From a virus (lineage: Duplodnaviria; Heunggongvirae; Uroviricota; Caudoviricetes): DNA of 64,000 nucleotides. The translations under genes were made by a program, and so were the position numbers. The stretch is from IMG/VR virus record IMGVR_UViG_3300009285_000002. One strand, given 5' to 3'. Below the pieces are notes generated by a model. The model was not told where the DNA came from, searched no databases, and saw only the letters and a program-made list of their open reading frames with translations. Shown here piece after piece: positions 11,001 through 21,113 of this stretch (within the stretch, counting starts at the first letter, position 1; every line of letters begins with the position of its first letter).

Positions 11001-12256
11001 ACTTCACAGCCAACGGTCAAGAGTTTACTGAAGTTACTGATTTAAACACCGTTAAGAATGCTCTTGGGGCAGTGCAGACTGGTTATGTGGCCGCAGTAAA
11101 TACGTCTGCTGACTATGCTAGAAACCAGAATATGGGCGTAAGAGATGTTTATGGAAGCAATACTGCTGCAACAAGTGGAAAAGATATTAACACCGTCATA
11201 CAAGATTCTATTAAACTACAAGATCAGTTTTATAGCAATCTATCGAAAGAAGATTATGATGCTAAGAAGAGGAGTTTTGAAGAGTTTTATGTTTGGGTTG
11301 AGGATGCTGGTAAATTATTTTATAAGAGTGTTACTGATGCTTCTGGTAAGCCATTAGATAAAGCTCTATTTGGTGAAGCTTTACAAACTGCACAAAAAGA
11401 AGGTAGAATTTCTTCTACTGATAGGGGTATGGATTGGCAAGTTCAAAGTTATACAGCCGCTCAAGTTAGGGATGCAGAAAGAAGAGCACCGGCAATGGTA
11501 GCCGAGTTGGAAAAGAAGAGTGGCGGGAAGTATAATTCTGAGATAACTGATACTTTAGTTACAACCTCTGATAAGCAAACAATAGTTTCACATGGAGACC
11601 AGAAGGTTATTGCTTACCTGTTACAACAGATTTTGGATACTGAGAAGAAACAGTTGCAGGGCATATGGAATTTACCGGAAGGATCCTCTTTCTGGGTACC
11701 TTTACAATCCATGATAGCCGGGGATGGGGCCGGTGGTAGTGAAGAAGTACTTGATGCGGGCCTCACAAGTGTAATTGATAGTAGCCAAGTAGCGTTCAGA
11801 ACACCAACTACAAACGGATTTATGGCAAACAATGTAGACGAGATGATAAACAATATGATTACGGGTGGGGAGATGCGTTCTGATAGAGACATGCCATCTC
11901 AGCAAAGCCTGCATGAGGATATGCTTAAACTTGGGAAAGGTCAACCAACCTCAGAAGAGCCTACTGGAATAATAGATCAACTTATGAATCTGCTAAGGAA
12001 CTTTATGGACCCAATGGGCCCGGCATATCACACACCAGGGCCGAGTGGAGCAAACCCAATGAGTACGGGCAGGGGACCGGCGCAGGCCTCCGAAACTCAG
12101 CCCATAACGACTAGGCTAGATCTTAAGTTCTCTTCCACAACAAATTTGATGGTGGATGGAAGGACTTTAGCAACAATTGTTAAACCATACTTGGCGGCCG
12201 ATTTTATGAGGGCAAACGAGAGTGGTGGTACACTTACACGAAGTTTTGTTATTTAA
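8027..12256 (+). CDS. tail tape measure protein
   Basis: 1409 aa, helical with Ala/Gln-rich ends and a central run of Gly/Ala/Met-rich hydrophobic segments. It follows the chaperone gene. Confidence 0.85.
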   Translation: MANDLEKTIQLLDETTDAAVRAKVTLEQLVTQMMKNPSQTVQLNYADELRHIISLEEKRISLMKQANSIMSQSRGGATTSTTGGNATRDSDRAGQLRGVVGGASSAPASGEASPQALARFNAAFDNLNRNATDTKRAQREALVAQLKKERQAWLDTNQAMLAYAKTQGIVDPQKAYKSTLLGGSSGAYDISTFKERNAMGEWNTLKVKSDKQGQLSNLQPPKAQQSFAQGITKDIGDLLKWSVAIAAIYGPINAMSEAMTQLIENESKLADVSVFLSDGLAGTEKVFGTVSDAAQSSGESISGVIDAFGAAYTAAGRITDEVARYAAASSLLNDALSLSKLSTLDQAGAIDVLTAALYQTAEGQEEVSKKLGRQATQSDVAANALSNGKNLLDQWVLVSRSASVSVETLATGVAVLGDSAETAGLRVEQMNAMIATLSEVSLSSGKETANIAKALIGNYQQESAVKELNRLGIAVVDTTGKTRQFMDVMKDVYALRSSKILGDQDFNRLTLALGGGGIRRQKDVAAFIENMNRMEQLTKIQDAGAGGQTEAAMAKKLDTVQTSATQLQNAFVSLAQTMGTEGGLLDMFSGAAKGATSLVNAIDAISGAVGKVGPLLMAVGVGSLLMKGRGGAAGLQSMLMNNLGMGGMSSGLLTGTINPIQAAQHRMGYSPFSTTGRFGAAIGRATTVPSAAAVLAPAMQNLAAGDTEEAGANIAGGIVGALVAGPVGALVGSAIAEAFVRTTMTYDKSFVDLFSGKNAPETDEGGYGLGVTKKSLEELTDQAYKTVGSLDAWNEFVNSTTETAANPKERWDALVSAFTGKSDLIGSDKTIGAAAMRLLEKKDPEQAKALRLRMAEEGLQPEGYQTRQTKEQIGLSTPERMKELGFMQQQEMDRLKGGVISGDIKQSDYANRLASLSAFSTTATGWMAAATDESGKLNDSFKSNEDAYEQFLLIMGSGNQEAIKNINSMVAEMTKLQDIIDNWDPNTAVGVNFTANGQEFTEVTDLNTVKNALGAVQTGYVAAVNTSADYARNQNMGVRDVYGSNTAATSGKDINTVIQDSIKLQDQFYSNLSKEDYDAKKRSFEEFYVWVEDAGKLFYKSVTDASGKPLDKALFGEALQTAQKEGRISSTDRGMDWQVQSYTAAQVRDAERRAPAMVAELEKKSGGKYNSEITDTLVTTSDKQTIVSHGDQKVIAYLLQQILDTEKKQLQGIWNLPEGSSFWVPLQSMIAGDGAGGSEEVLDAGLTSVIDSSQVAFRTPTTNGFMANNVDEMINNMITGGEMRSDRDMPSQQSLHEDMLKLGKGQPTSEEPTGIIDQLMNLLRNFMDPMGPAYHTPGPSGANPMSTGRGPAQASETQPITTRLDLKFSSTTNLMVDGRTLATIVKPYLAADFMRANESGGTLTRSFVI

Positions 12257-12291
12257 ATTAAGTACATGAAATATAAACTAAGAGGTGATGT

Positions 12292-12648
12292 ATGGCTTGG
12301 AGTCTAAATTCTATAAGAATTTTTGTGAATGAATCAAAGGAAGACGCTGCGCAAATAGTTCCGAGACTCCAGCCATTATCTGGAGGAACGGTTCTACAGG
12401 TATTCGGATACGAGTCCGATGTTAGAACTATTACTGGATTGGTTGTTGGGGATACTGATAAGAATGGTCTTAAGACATTAAGAACCACGGGCTCTTCTTA
12501 TACACTGCTGTCACCAGAAGGCTCTTTAGGTTCTTTTGTTGTTAAGAATGTGGTCGTAAATAGATCACCATCAATATGCCAAACTCTTAGACCGGACCTT
12601 GCAGAGGATGCGCCGGTCTATCAGGTTGAAGTTCAGTTATATGAGTAA
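12292..12648 (+). CDS. hypothetical tail protein
   Basis: ORF of 118 aa with a GAGGTG ribosome-binding site, between the tape measure and distal tail genes. Confidence 0.4.
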   Translation: MAWSLNSIRIFVNESKEDAAQIVPRLQPLSGGTVLQVFGYESDVRTITGLVVGDTDKNGLKTLRTTGSSYTLLSPEGSLGSFVVKNVVVNRSPSICQTLRPDLAEDAPVYQVEVQLYE

Positions 12649-12654
12649 TATATA

Positions 12655-13602
12655 ATGGCAGACTATCTTTCAGCGTCAGCAACCGGTTGCTCTGGCTTGA
12701 TATCCGTATCAACTGGAGACAGTCACGGAGCTGCTACATCTACAGCAACTATAACAAGTACGTCATCATCTTTAGATGTTGGCGACGCAGTATCTATTTA
12801 TATAGATGGTATCCGTGTATTTTCCGGGTATGCTAAAAATATCAAGAGGTCACAGCAACCAACTAAATATGAAATATCGTGTGCTGGGGCAATGGTTAGG
12901 GCCGTTGATTTCTTCATAGCCTCCAGTAACCCTAATACGCCTTACTCAAGAGAGAATATAGCTGCACATACGCTAGTTGGTCAACTAATGGCAATGGCCG
13001 GACTTAGCTACTCTGGAAGCAACCCTGGATTCACATTTGCAACAAATGGCACACCTTTAGAAGTTAATTTAACCTCTGTATACGACTATTCTAAATTTAT
13101 AGCGGACATAATAGCTTGGCATATATATGCTGACATGAATGGCGTGGTACATTTTCTAAGCCGGCCAGCATACCCACAGGGATCCGATGCGTCAGTTGCC
13201 ACGCTATCCAATAGTAACTTACTAGATGTAAGTTACTGGAGATCAGATAGAGACCTAAGAAACAGGGTGGTAGTCTACGGGTCTAGTGGCGTATACGCCA
13301 CAGCTCAGGCGTCATCTCCATACCTGCCATCCGGATTTTATAAAAGCATAGCTGTAGCAGCGCCAACGGTTATAACTAGCAATAGTATGGCTCAGCAGTC
13401 AGCAAACTATAACCTAACCAAACTAAATCGTTTAACTATTGGTGGCAGCGCCACCATAATAGGCGATCCGTCAATATTCTGTAGAGATTGTGTTACAGTA
13501 AACAAATCAGATATAGGAATGTCAGGTAAGTTCTATGTATATGGTCTGGAACATTCTTGGGATAGATCTGGTTTTATGACATCAATGGATTTAAGGCAAT
13601 AA
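12655..13602 (+). CDS. distal tail protein-like
   Basis: ORF of 315 aa immediately after the tape measure gene. Confidence 0.4.
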   Translation: MADYLSASATGCSGLISVSTGDSHGAATSTATITSTSSSLDVGDAVSIYIDGIRVFSGYAKNIKRSQQPTKYEISCAGAMVRAVDFFIASSNPNTPYSRENIAAHTLVGQLMAMAGLSYSGSNPGFTFATNGTPLEVNLTSVYDYSKFIADIIAWHIYADMNGVVHFLSRPAYPQGSDASVATLSNSNLLDVSYWRSDRDLRNRVVVYGSSGVYATAQASSPYLPSGFYKSIAVAAPTVITSNSMAQQSANYNLTKLNRLTIGGSATIIGDPSIFCRDCVTVNKSDIGMSGKFYVYGLEHSWDRSGFMTSMDLRQ

Positions 13603-13625
13603 TAGGAAGAAATAGAGGATAAAGG

Positions 13626-16600
13626 ATGAATGTAACCGTAAAACACGATGGAGCTAGTATAACGTCTCATGTTATTTCGTATACAAGGGAATCTAAGATT
13701 TGCACCGGCATAGGTATGCTTGAGTTGGTGGTTGATTATACATACGGCTCAACATTTAACCCATGGGATGAGATAACAATATATGAGGGCGGGTCTAAAA
13801 CTGGCATATACTTTGTATCCTCTGTATCAGAGGGACAGCCAAGCGCTACTATTACAGTAACCGCACAGGATAACTCTAAAAGACTGTCTGACTATTTTAT
13901 AAGTGATTCATATCTAGTTGATTATCCATCATACAGCAGATACTGGATAGAGCTATTTCTCACTGAGGTGGGAATAAGCTATACGTTCACTACTAATGAA
14001 GAGAGTAGCTTACTATCTAATAATACAGCTTTAGGGCTAATGTCAGCATATGAACAGATTCTTATGCTACTTCAGATGAACGGATGGTATATAACTTTTG
14101 ATTCCTCTGGGAAAGCCAAGATAGGCAAGGCGAATGTAGACTATGGAACAAGCGGTGGCTCGTTTGGTAAGGGCGACATAATAGAGATACGCGTTGATAA
14201 GAACGACAGCATGTACAGAAATAGGGTTGTAGTGTGGGGAAATGGTGACCCGGAAAGCGGAAGATGGGTGTTTGCTGATGTATCAAAGCCTACGAAGTGG
14301 GACTATGATAGACGTGACAAAAGAACCATTGTGGTATCTAATAGCAATATACCTACGGTTAAGGATGCGTTCATACTAGCCAATAAGGCTATAATGGAAT
14401 TCGCAAAGATAACAGTAGAAAAGCACATAACATTAGAGGGTGCAAGGAATATAGATATAGGGGATGTTGTAAAGATAAGAAGTGGTGTGTTCACCGGCAA
14501 GGGGCTTGTTACTACCTTCGGAACGTCAATGTCAAAACAGGGGCTTATAACTAATATATCCATGGATGAGCGCTGTCCAAGATTATTTGGTTTCTATAAT
14601 TTAGGTGGTTTCGTATACGTGGCCACATTTGGCAGTGGCGTATGGAGGAAGCATATACAGCCCTCTGCATGGAGTGGTAATGCTAGCACCATGTCTGGGT
14701 TTGCAAGCGGGATATATGACTTCAGCGGGTGGTATGATTCCTCTAGCGGTATAACAGATATGTCTGTTACCGACCTGCATGTAAACGCTGGCGTGCTAGC
14801 CAGTGTGACTTCATCAGGACAGTCATACTATGCTATAGAGGATAATGTGACAGAGTCCGGCTCCTCTGTAATATGGTCCGGAGTGGTGTTGGAAAACATG
14901 GCTGTTATGTATAGCGGCGGTGTTATGGAAGTGGATACCTACTCTGGAGTTATGGCTAGAGCCTGTATAATAGATAGAGACACTAATTATGTGCATATAG
15001 TGGCGGACAACAGATCTGGATTGAATTATGGTGACTTTCTGTACGAAACAGATCCGTTAGGTGATGTACTATTTCCATCATTTGCCTATGATGTGTACTC
15101 AGGTAATATACGTATACCGCCCACTTGGCTTAATGTAGACGTACCAAATAGAGCTTGGGTGTTAGAAATAAATCCCTATGACGGTGGTTTTTATGGGTAT
15201 CGGTCAGTAAATGTATCTGGAAACTTTGATTTCTATGCATATGATATAGAGAATGATGGTACACATGACTATGTTGAGGCGGTTACCTTTGGTTCTGGTA
15301 TAATTCCAACATCTCTGTATAACGGGGTATATGAGGGTGCCGGGGCTACGCAGTACTCGAACTATACTATAGCTCGTCCTGTAATAGACCACAGACTAAA
15401 CACAGTTATGTCTTATTCAGGCATATCCGCACCAGTACTGCAGAATCCTAATACGATCTCAGTGTCAACCCCGTACACTGACTATCTAACCGACGGCACG
15501 GTGTCATTTTATGACTACCTTCCAGTTGGCTCTGGATACATGGTTTACGAGGATCGCTACACAGCGCCATCACCAGACACAACTAGGCTTAATGCTGTTG
15601 AGATATGGTATGATAGGAGTATATGGGGAGATGAGCTAAATCCACAGCTAACGTTTGCAAAATATACCGCATCTACCGCCGACTTTGACTTTTATCCGAA
15701 CTCATCAATTATAAAGAAGATGTCGCCATATGATAGGAAATTCACATTCATCGGCAAGTCTGGGTTTACCAGTGAAGTTTCAACCGTTACTGCCGATACT
15801 GGCAGTATCTTTCATGTGGAACTTGATTTAGCCAACAGCGAGCCCGGCGTAGACAATAGTACGGCAACCAATACTCTAGTGGTTGGTGGCCTTCCAAACG
15901 CAAATGGCTGCATACCATATACTCTTCCTAACGGTAGTCCGCGTAGTCCTTGGTCAACTCCAATTGAGTGCGCGTATAAGGGCCTTATAACTATTAACGA
16001 GTTTGTGCAAGTTAAATGCGTTAGTATAGAAAACGGGTTTAAAGTGTTATTAATTAGAATATCATTATTGGATGGATCGTATAGCGAATCTACAATATTA
16101 GAGAAGTCCGGTACTGGTGCTACTGTAGACTCTGGCGAGTACTTCTTTTGCAGACCGCTACCGGCGCTATTTCAGCACGGATCTGGTGGGTTCAGAATCA
16201 TAGTACCGTACATAGAATCCACTGTAGTAACCGGTTTGTATGGCTACGAATATGTCACAGTAAAGGTGAGACGATTTAAATATACCTCACCAGAAGCGGG
16301 AACTCCGTCATCTGGTGGAGCCGGCTCAACTGATGAGGAAATCTTAGATTGGAGCAGCACGTACGGGACTATGTATGCAAAGAACAGTGCATTTTCTGAC
16401 CATATAGAGGAGGGAAATTTCAATAACAATAGGCAGTATTGCCAATACGTAATCGGTAGCGACCTTGGTACCTTTGGTACAGTGGCAGATAGCGCAGAAG
16501 TTATAACCGATTGTTTTGACAACTTCACTATATCACATGGCGAAACCTCCAGCCCATTAAATGGTTATGCTGCAATATATACTATAAGGGGCAATACCGC

Positions 16601-17597
16601 ATTCTCTAGTGGATTAGCTACAGATACATATCAGGCAGTTGGAAAGAAACTGGATGGTACGTTTTGCTACATTAACGTTAACAATTGTGAGGTGCTGGAC
16701 AATATAGTACCAACTGACCCCGATGTCGTGCTACATTCACATCTATGCGTGAGGGACTCGTTTAATGGAGAGCACTTCTTTAGATCCTCAATTACAGGGG
16801 TTGGTGGTAATTTAGTAACTGTGGCGTTGAATTTCGGTGGCAGCGTATCGCGTATGTCAAATGTAGCAGATCCTGTAGTAACTGACGAACAGATGTTTGG
16901 AAACTTTAGATCACGTGGAATACGCACGGGTGCATACCAACGAGATTTAGAGTATGTAGAACCATTTCCAGCATCAGGCATATTTCCAATATATCAAATA
17001 CTGCAAAGGACCGAAGATGATTTCAGTGTAGTAAAGAGTGGACTGTACAGAGATAGACTGGAAATATCAAACTACTCTCCATTGGTAACTATGGATAGAA
17101 GGATAAACTCTGCAGAAACATATTATATATCACAGGATGGCTCAGTTCTACAAACAACACACGTAGCCATGAGCGGTTATAATTTAGATAGTGTATCTGA
17201 ATCAGGTTCTTTATACAGTCTGGGCATTCTGGCCGATGATATGAGATACGCTTATCTGGACGGTGCAAATGAATCCGGCTCCACAGGAAAGCTATTTGTG
17301 GTGTACAGCGGGGGTGTTGGGTATACAGATCTTGACACTCTAGACAGCTTCTCTGGTTTATATCTAAATGTAGCAAGTGGCTTAGATATCAGTAATTATG
17401 GGATACCAAGTGGCTATACAACAAGAATAGAAACATCCAACTATGCACTTCCAGACCAGTATTTATTCGTGTCGGTTAGTGGAGATAGCGGAATGGGTTT
17501 CTATCAAAAGGATCCGTCATCAGGGGTTTGGGTTGACTACTCGTCTGGGTACCCACAAGCCAGGACCACAATAATAAGACTAGATGACTCCATATAG
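13626..17597 (+). CDS. large tail/baseplate protein (Tal-like)
   Basis: ORF of 1323 aa in the position usually held by the tail-associated lysin or baseplate hub. AGGATAAAGGATG upstream. Confidence 0.5.
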   Translation: MNVTVKHDGASITSHVISYTRESKICTGIGMLELVVDYTYGSTFNPWDEITIYEGGSKTGIYFVSSVSEGQPSATITVTAQDNSKRLSDYFISDSYLVDYPSYSRYWIELFLTEVGISYTFTTNEESSLLSNNTALGLMSAYEQILMLLQMNGWYITFDSSGKAKIGKANVDYGTSGGSFGKGDIIEIRVDKNDSMYRNRVVVWGNGDPESGRWVFADVSKPTKWDYDRRDKRTIVVSNSNIPTVKDAFILANKAIMEFAKITVEKHITLEGARNIDIGDVVKIRSGVFTGKGLVTTFGTSMSKQGLITNISMDERCPRLFGFYNLGGFVYVATFGSGVWRKHIQPSAWSGNASTMSGFASGIYDFSGWYDSSSGITDMSVTDLHVNAGVLASVTSSGQSYYAIEDNVTESGSSVIWSGVVLENMAVMYSGGVMEVDTYSGVMARACIIDRDTNYVHIVADNRSGLNYGDFLYETDPLGDVLFPSFAYDVYSGNIRIPPTWLNVDVPNRAWVLEINPYDGGFYGYRSVNVSGNFDFYAYDIENDGTHDYVEAVTFGSGIIPTSLYNGVYEGAGATQYSNYTIARPVIDHRLNTVMSYSGISAPVLQNPNTISVSTPYTDYLTDGTVSFYDYLPVGSGYMVYEDRYTAPSPDTTRLNAVEIWYDRSIWGDELNPQLTFAKYTASTADFDFYPNSSIIKKMSPYDRKFTFIGKSGFTSEVSTVTADTGSIFHVELDLANSEPGVDNSTATNTLVVGGLPNANGCIPYTLPNGSPRSPWSTPIECAYKGLITINEFVQVKCVSIENGFKVLLIRISLLDGSYSESTILEKSGTGATVDSGEYFFCRPLPALFQHGSGGFRIIVPYIESTVVTGLYGYEYVTVKVRRFKYTSPEAGTPSSGGAGSTDEEILDWSSTYGTMYAKNSAFSDHIEEGNFNNNRQYCQYVIGSDLGTFGTVADSAEVITDCFDNFTISHGETSSPLNGYAAIYTIRGNTAFSSGLATDTYQAVGKKLDGTFCYINVNNCEVLDNIVPTDPDVVLHSHLCVRDSFNGEHFFRSSITGVGGNLVTVALNFGGSVSRMSNVADPVVTDEQMFGNFRSRGIRTGAYQRDLEYVEPFPASGIFPIYQILQRTEDDFSVVKSGLYRDRLEISNYSPLVTMDRRINSAETYYISQDGSVLQTTHVAMSGYNLDSVSESGSLYSLGILADDMRYAYLDGANESGSTGKLFVVYSGGVGYTDLDTLDSFSGLYLNVASGLDISNYGIPSGYTTRIETSNYALPDQYLFVSVSGDSGMGFYQKDPSSGVWVDYSSGYPQARTTIIRLDDSI

Positions 17598-17609
17598 GAA
17601 TACACATAA

Positions 17610-18746
17610 ATGAACAGTAGATTTGACTATACAGTGCTGGACGCAATAAATAATGCCTTTAGAGCATCAAAAGCCGCCCCACTTAATCTGGGTGGTACAG
17701 CCAGTGGTGGAGGCGGACCAATAGGTGGCATTGTTGGATATTTGGACCAAGGAAGACTATCATATGATTCCATAGAAGATGCTACCGCCTCAACACCGTT
17801 ATCTGGAATGTCAGTAAGAGACAACCTTAACCATATAAGATATCGTCTGTATGACTTAGAAACAAGCCTAAGTCCAATATCTGTAAACGACGACGGGGTG
17901 CCGGTAGCCTCTGGTGTAACGGTTTTAAACTTCCAATCTGGTATAACCGCTATTTCTACAGTAAGCGGCGTTGTAGACATAAATGTAACCGTTAGCGGTG
18001 GGTCATTACCAACGCTGGATCAAAATAGGATTGTAATAACAAATTCAGGTGGTAGCATAACTACAGATGCAAAAATAAAATGGGCATCTGGTATTATGAC
18101 TTTAGAGGGTAATGACGATCTTGCATATATAAAGGGTGTAAGTAACGCAACATCACATGGATTGGCAATTACCGCGGGAGACGGCTCAGTAGATAAACCA
18201 GATGCGGCGTACCTAGATCTATCTGGAGGTAGTACGGACCAGGTAACGGGTGGGGCTGGAGATGTATATATCTATGCTGGTAACCATCTTGCAAATGGTG
18301 GGGCTGGAAGCGTATATATAAATGGTGGAGCATCAGAAGGATTAGATGCTGACTGTGGTAACGTAGATATTGGTCCCGGATGGGCGTATACAGCATCTGG
18401 ATGGCGTAGCGGAAAAGTATTTGCTAGGGGATTTAATTTCACAACCCCAGCGATATTATACACAAACACTAAGGCGGCAATTGAATCTCTAACTGCCACG
18501 CCCTACAATGGAGTATCCACTGGAGCAATGGCATACGCAACAGATAATCCTACTGCACCATTTGGGACTTATAATGGAGTTAGCTGGGATTGGCAATCGC
18601 TTAGTAGCAGCGGAAATGGAATTTTGCAGCGTGTACTAACATCTAATCTAACACTCAATGCTGGCGAATGCCTCACATTGGTTGATTACATAAACGTAGG
18701 AACTTATTTGCTCACCTGCAATGGTGATGCGGTCGTGGAGGTATAA
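17610..18746 (+). CDS. tail fibre protein
   Basis: 378 aa with Gly-rich repeats (GGTASGGGGPIGGIVGY, GGAGDVYIYAG, GGAGSVYINGG) typical of phage fibres. Confidence 0.5.
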   Translation: MNSRFDYTVLDAINNAFRASKAAPLNLGGTASGGGGPIGGIVGYLDQGRLSYDSIEDATASTPLSGMSVRDNLNHIRYRLYDLETSLSPISVNDDGVPVASGVTVLNFQSGITAISTVSGVVDINVTVSGGSLPTLDQNRIVITNSGGSITTDAKIKWASGIMTLEGNDDLAYIKGVSNATSHGLAITAGDGSVDKPDAAYLDLSGGSTDQVTGGAGDVYIYAGNHLANGGAGSVYINGGASEGLDADCGNVDIGPGWAYTASGWRSGKVFARGFNFTTPAILYTNTKAAIESLTATPYNGVSTGAMAYATDNPTAPFGTYNGVSWDWQSLSSSGNGILQRVLTSNLTLNAGECLTLVDYINVGTYLLTCNGDAVVEV

Positions 18747-19907
18747 ATGAAGTTCGGAAATGGCAAGATAACCTTTGAATCAGCGATAGAGAAAATTATT
18801 TCGGGAGATGCAATTACGATTACTCTGAGTAATCATAAATTGCAACCAGAGGCAGGAGTAACAGATAATCTGTCTACTATCAATGGAACCGTAGATGGTG
18901 ATTTTGGAATTTTGTATGCAAGCGATTTTGGGACAGATACAATCACAATAAAGCACAATGTTGGAAATATTCTGTGTGTGGGTGGGGCAGATATTTCCTT
19001 GAGTTATGGTTCTGTGAACTGGTATTCCAATGGAACTAAAATATTCGTGTCTGGAGGAGGCGGGGCAGGCAATATCGGATACAAAATAGTTCCAACCGTT
19101 TCTGCAAATGATTTAATTTTGTCACTGAAACATGAGGACGGGACAGACCCATCCGCAGTCCGCCCGCTGTATTTCAAAATTGGAGATACCCAAAGGGCTG
19201 TCACAGCCGCTTTGTCGGTGACAAAAGCAGACGCAACGAATTGGGCGAATTTAGGGAGTGCAGAATTAGCTACATACGAGACGGATTTATTCCCTTATCT
19301 AATCTGGAATACAAATCTAACTCCTGACGCGGTAGACATCGGCTGGTCGCGCATTCCGTACGGAAATTTATATTCCGATTTTTCAGCAACCACAACAAAC
19401 GAAAAATATCTTGCAATCAACGCCACCGCGCCCGCCGCTACTGATGACTGCGTAAACATCGGACGCTTTGCGGCTACGCTCTCTGCTGGGGCTGGATACA
19501 CATGGACAGTGCCGACATATACTGGCGTGCATTTGATACAGAGACCGATTTACGAAACAAGACTACTATCTTGGAAACCTGTTCACACGCGCACTGTTAC
19601 TGCCTACACAAACGTCCCCACCATCAATACCTCGGCTTATCAAGTCATTGGACGTTTTGTGTGGATTAATGAACGTCATACGCAAAACGCCACCCCCGGT
19701 GGAACTGGCAATCAACAATTCACACTCCCGTTTACGCAACTCTACGCGACATTCACGTCGCTGCTTGGATTAAACGAGGATACCCCACGGTTGATGACGG
19801 CTCTTATTATTGCCAGCAGTAACATTGTCAGAATGTTTTTGTATGAAGGCACAACGGAAGTTACGGCGTCTAATTCCTATAGCGCAACTGGAATCTACGC
19901 CGTATAA
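18747..19907 (+). CDS. tail fibre / receptor-binding protein
   Basis: 386 aa, translationally coupled to the preceding gene by a TAAATG overlap. The C-terminal half is GC-richer than its surroundings. Confidence 0.45.
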   Translation: MKFGNGKITFESAIEKIISGDAITITLSNHKLQPEAGVTDNLSTINGTVDGDFGILYASDFGTDTITIKHNVGNILCVGGADISLSYGSVNWYSNGTKIFVSGGGGAGNIGYKIVPTVSANDLILSLKHEDGTDPSAVRPLYFKIGDTQRAVTAALSVTKADATNWANLGSAELATYETDLFPYLIWNTNLTPDAVDIGWSRIPYGNLYSDFSATTTNEKYLAINATAPAATDDCVNIGRFAATLSAGAGYTWTVPTYTGVHLIQRPIYETRLLSWKPVHTRTVTAYTNVPTINTSAYQVIGRFVWINERHTQNATPGGTGNQQFTLPFTQLYATFTSLLGLNEDTPRLMTALIIASSNIVRMFLYEGTTEVTASNSYSATGIYAV

Positions 19908-19921
19908 AGGAAATCTAAAAC

Positions 19922-20080
19922 ATGACATCACCATTATCAGAAACAACGCTCGAAACAATAAGCCTGCCTATTTTCGCGGGCGTGAAATATAGTAAACTGT
20001 TCACACACAACGCATGGGCGCACTGCCTCGTCATTGACAATGGCGTGGTCACATTTGGTGTTACCGAAGCTGGTCTCTAA
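19922..20080 (+). CDS. small protein, possible fibre assembly factor
   Basis: 52-aa ORF not in the supplied track. AAGGAAATCTAAAACATG ribosome-binding site. It shares the GC-rich composition of the fibre C-terminus. Confidence 0.3.
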   Translation: MTSPLSETTLETISLPIFAGVKYSKLFTHNAWAHCLVIDNGVVTFGVTEAGL

Positions 20081-20112
20081 TTTAGTATTAAAATACGGGA
20101 GGTACAATATAA

Positions 20113-20517
20113 GTGAGTAATGAAGCGCTAATTGCCGCGATAGTATCAGCCATAACTGCCTTAATGGGTGGTGGGCTACTTGGTGCTATTTTCGCGGGCA
20201 TGTCAACAAGATCAGCAATAAGGAAAACCGGAGCAGACGCTCTGGAAACCTACCAAAGAATCGCTAATATAGCATCTGAAAGTCTGCTTGCTTCTCAACT
20301 AAGGGAGAAAGAGGCTGAAGCTCGCTACGAGGCTATGGTTGAGAAGCTTGAGTCAGAGGCTAAGATACGTTCGGAAGAGAATACTGAACTAAAGCAAGTA
20401 ATTAGCACGTGGTCAGTAGGAATAAAGATGCTACACAATCAACTGGAAAGCCTTGAACACTCCCCTAGATGGAGACCCGATGTTGGCGACTGGAAGTTTC
20501 TTAAGAATAACAATTAA
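20113..20517 (+). CDS. membrane/coiled-coil protein, lysis-associated candidate
   Basis: N-terminal transmembrane segment (AAIVSAITALMGGGLLGAIFAG) followed by a coiled coil. GGGAGG ribosome-binding site. Confidence 0.35.
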   Translation: MSNEALIAAIVSAITALMGGGLLGAIFAGMSTRSAIRKTGADALETYQRIANIASESLLASQLREKEAEARYEAMVEKLESEAKIRSEENTELKQVISTWSVGIKMLHNQLESLEHSPRWRPDVGDWKFLKNNN

Positions 20518-20526
20518 GGAGAACAT

Positions 20527-20739
20527 ATGATAGATCTAATTAAAAACCCAAGGTTCTTAGAAGCACTGTGCTTCATAATAGCCGCTTTAACCCTACAGTT
20601 TGCACCAGAATATGCAGTCAATGTTACTACATTATTGGCAACAATAGTAGCCACACTGAAGATATTGAAGGTAGTACCAGAAGTAAGACTATCCTCAAGG
20701 CTTAGAAATAAAAAGAAAACAGCCGTCAAAAAGAAATAG
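20527..20739 (+). CDS. holin-like protein
   Basis: 70 aa with two hydrophobic segments and a Lys-rich C-terminal tail. AAGGAGAACATATG ribosome-binding site. Confidence 0.4.
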   Translation: MIDLIKNPRFLEALCFIIAALTLQFAPEYAVNVTTLLATIVATLKILKVVPEVRLSSRLRNKKKTAVKKK

Positions 20740-20762
20740 GTAATAAGTAGTAATATATGATA

Positions 20763-20795
20763 AAGGCTCACTTATGTGGGTCTTTATTTATTTAA
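20763..20795 (+). terminator. putative intrinsic terminator
   Basis: An 8-bp stem with G-U pairs (AGGCTCAC / GTGGGTCT) followed by TTATTTATTT. Confidence 0.35.
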
Positions 20796-21065
20796 GTCCG
20801 TATACGCCAGTTACATCGCCAAACTACCCACCAACCGCCTCTAAAACGCACCACAAAGGCCCACCAGCGATTAAAACCACCATATATGCCAAAGTATGCC
20901 TGTAATACAACAGTGCTCGTGGCAGCGCCTATGCTCTCGGAGGGGTAATTATAAATTTAATTACAAAAAAACCGACTGCACACATAGGTATATAGGTATG
21001 TATCGGAAGCTATTTCCGGAATATAGGAGGAATATGCGGGGTACACAGGGGCTGAAACAAAAAAA

Positions 21066-21100
21066 ATCCCTACTGGATTTTTTCCAGTAGGGGGGGGGCA
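21066..21100 (-). terminator. rho-independent terminator for the minus-strand block
   Basis: Stem CCCTACTGG / CCAGTAGGG. On the minus strand it is followed by eight T, and on the plus strand by nine G. Confidence 0.5.
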
Positions 21101-21113
21101 TATATTGTATATA

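Noticed and set aside
219-19958. Numerous minus-strand track ORFs of 60-170 aa inside the long plus-strand structural genes (e.g. 9751-10257, 14303-14563, 17627-17980)
   Set aside because: They are antisense to well-supported long genes, lack ribosome-binding sites and reflect composition (for example the Ala/Gly-rich tape measure region). I treat them as non-coding.
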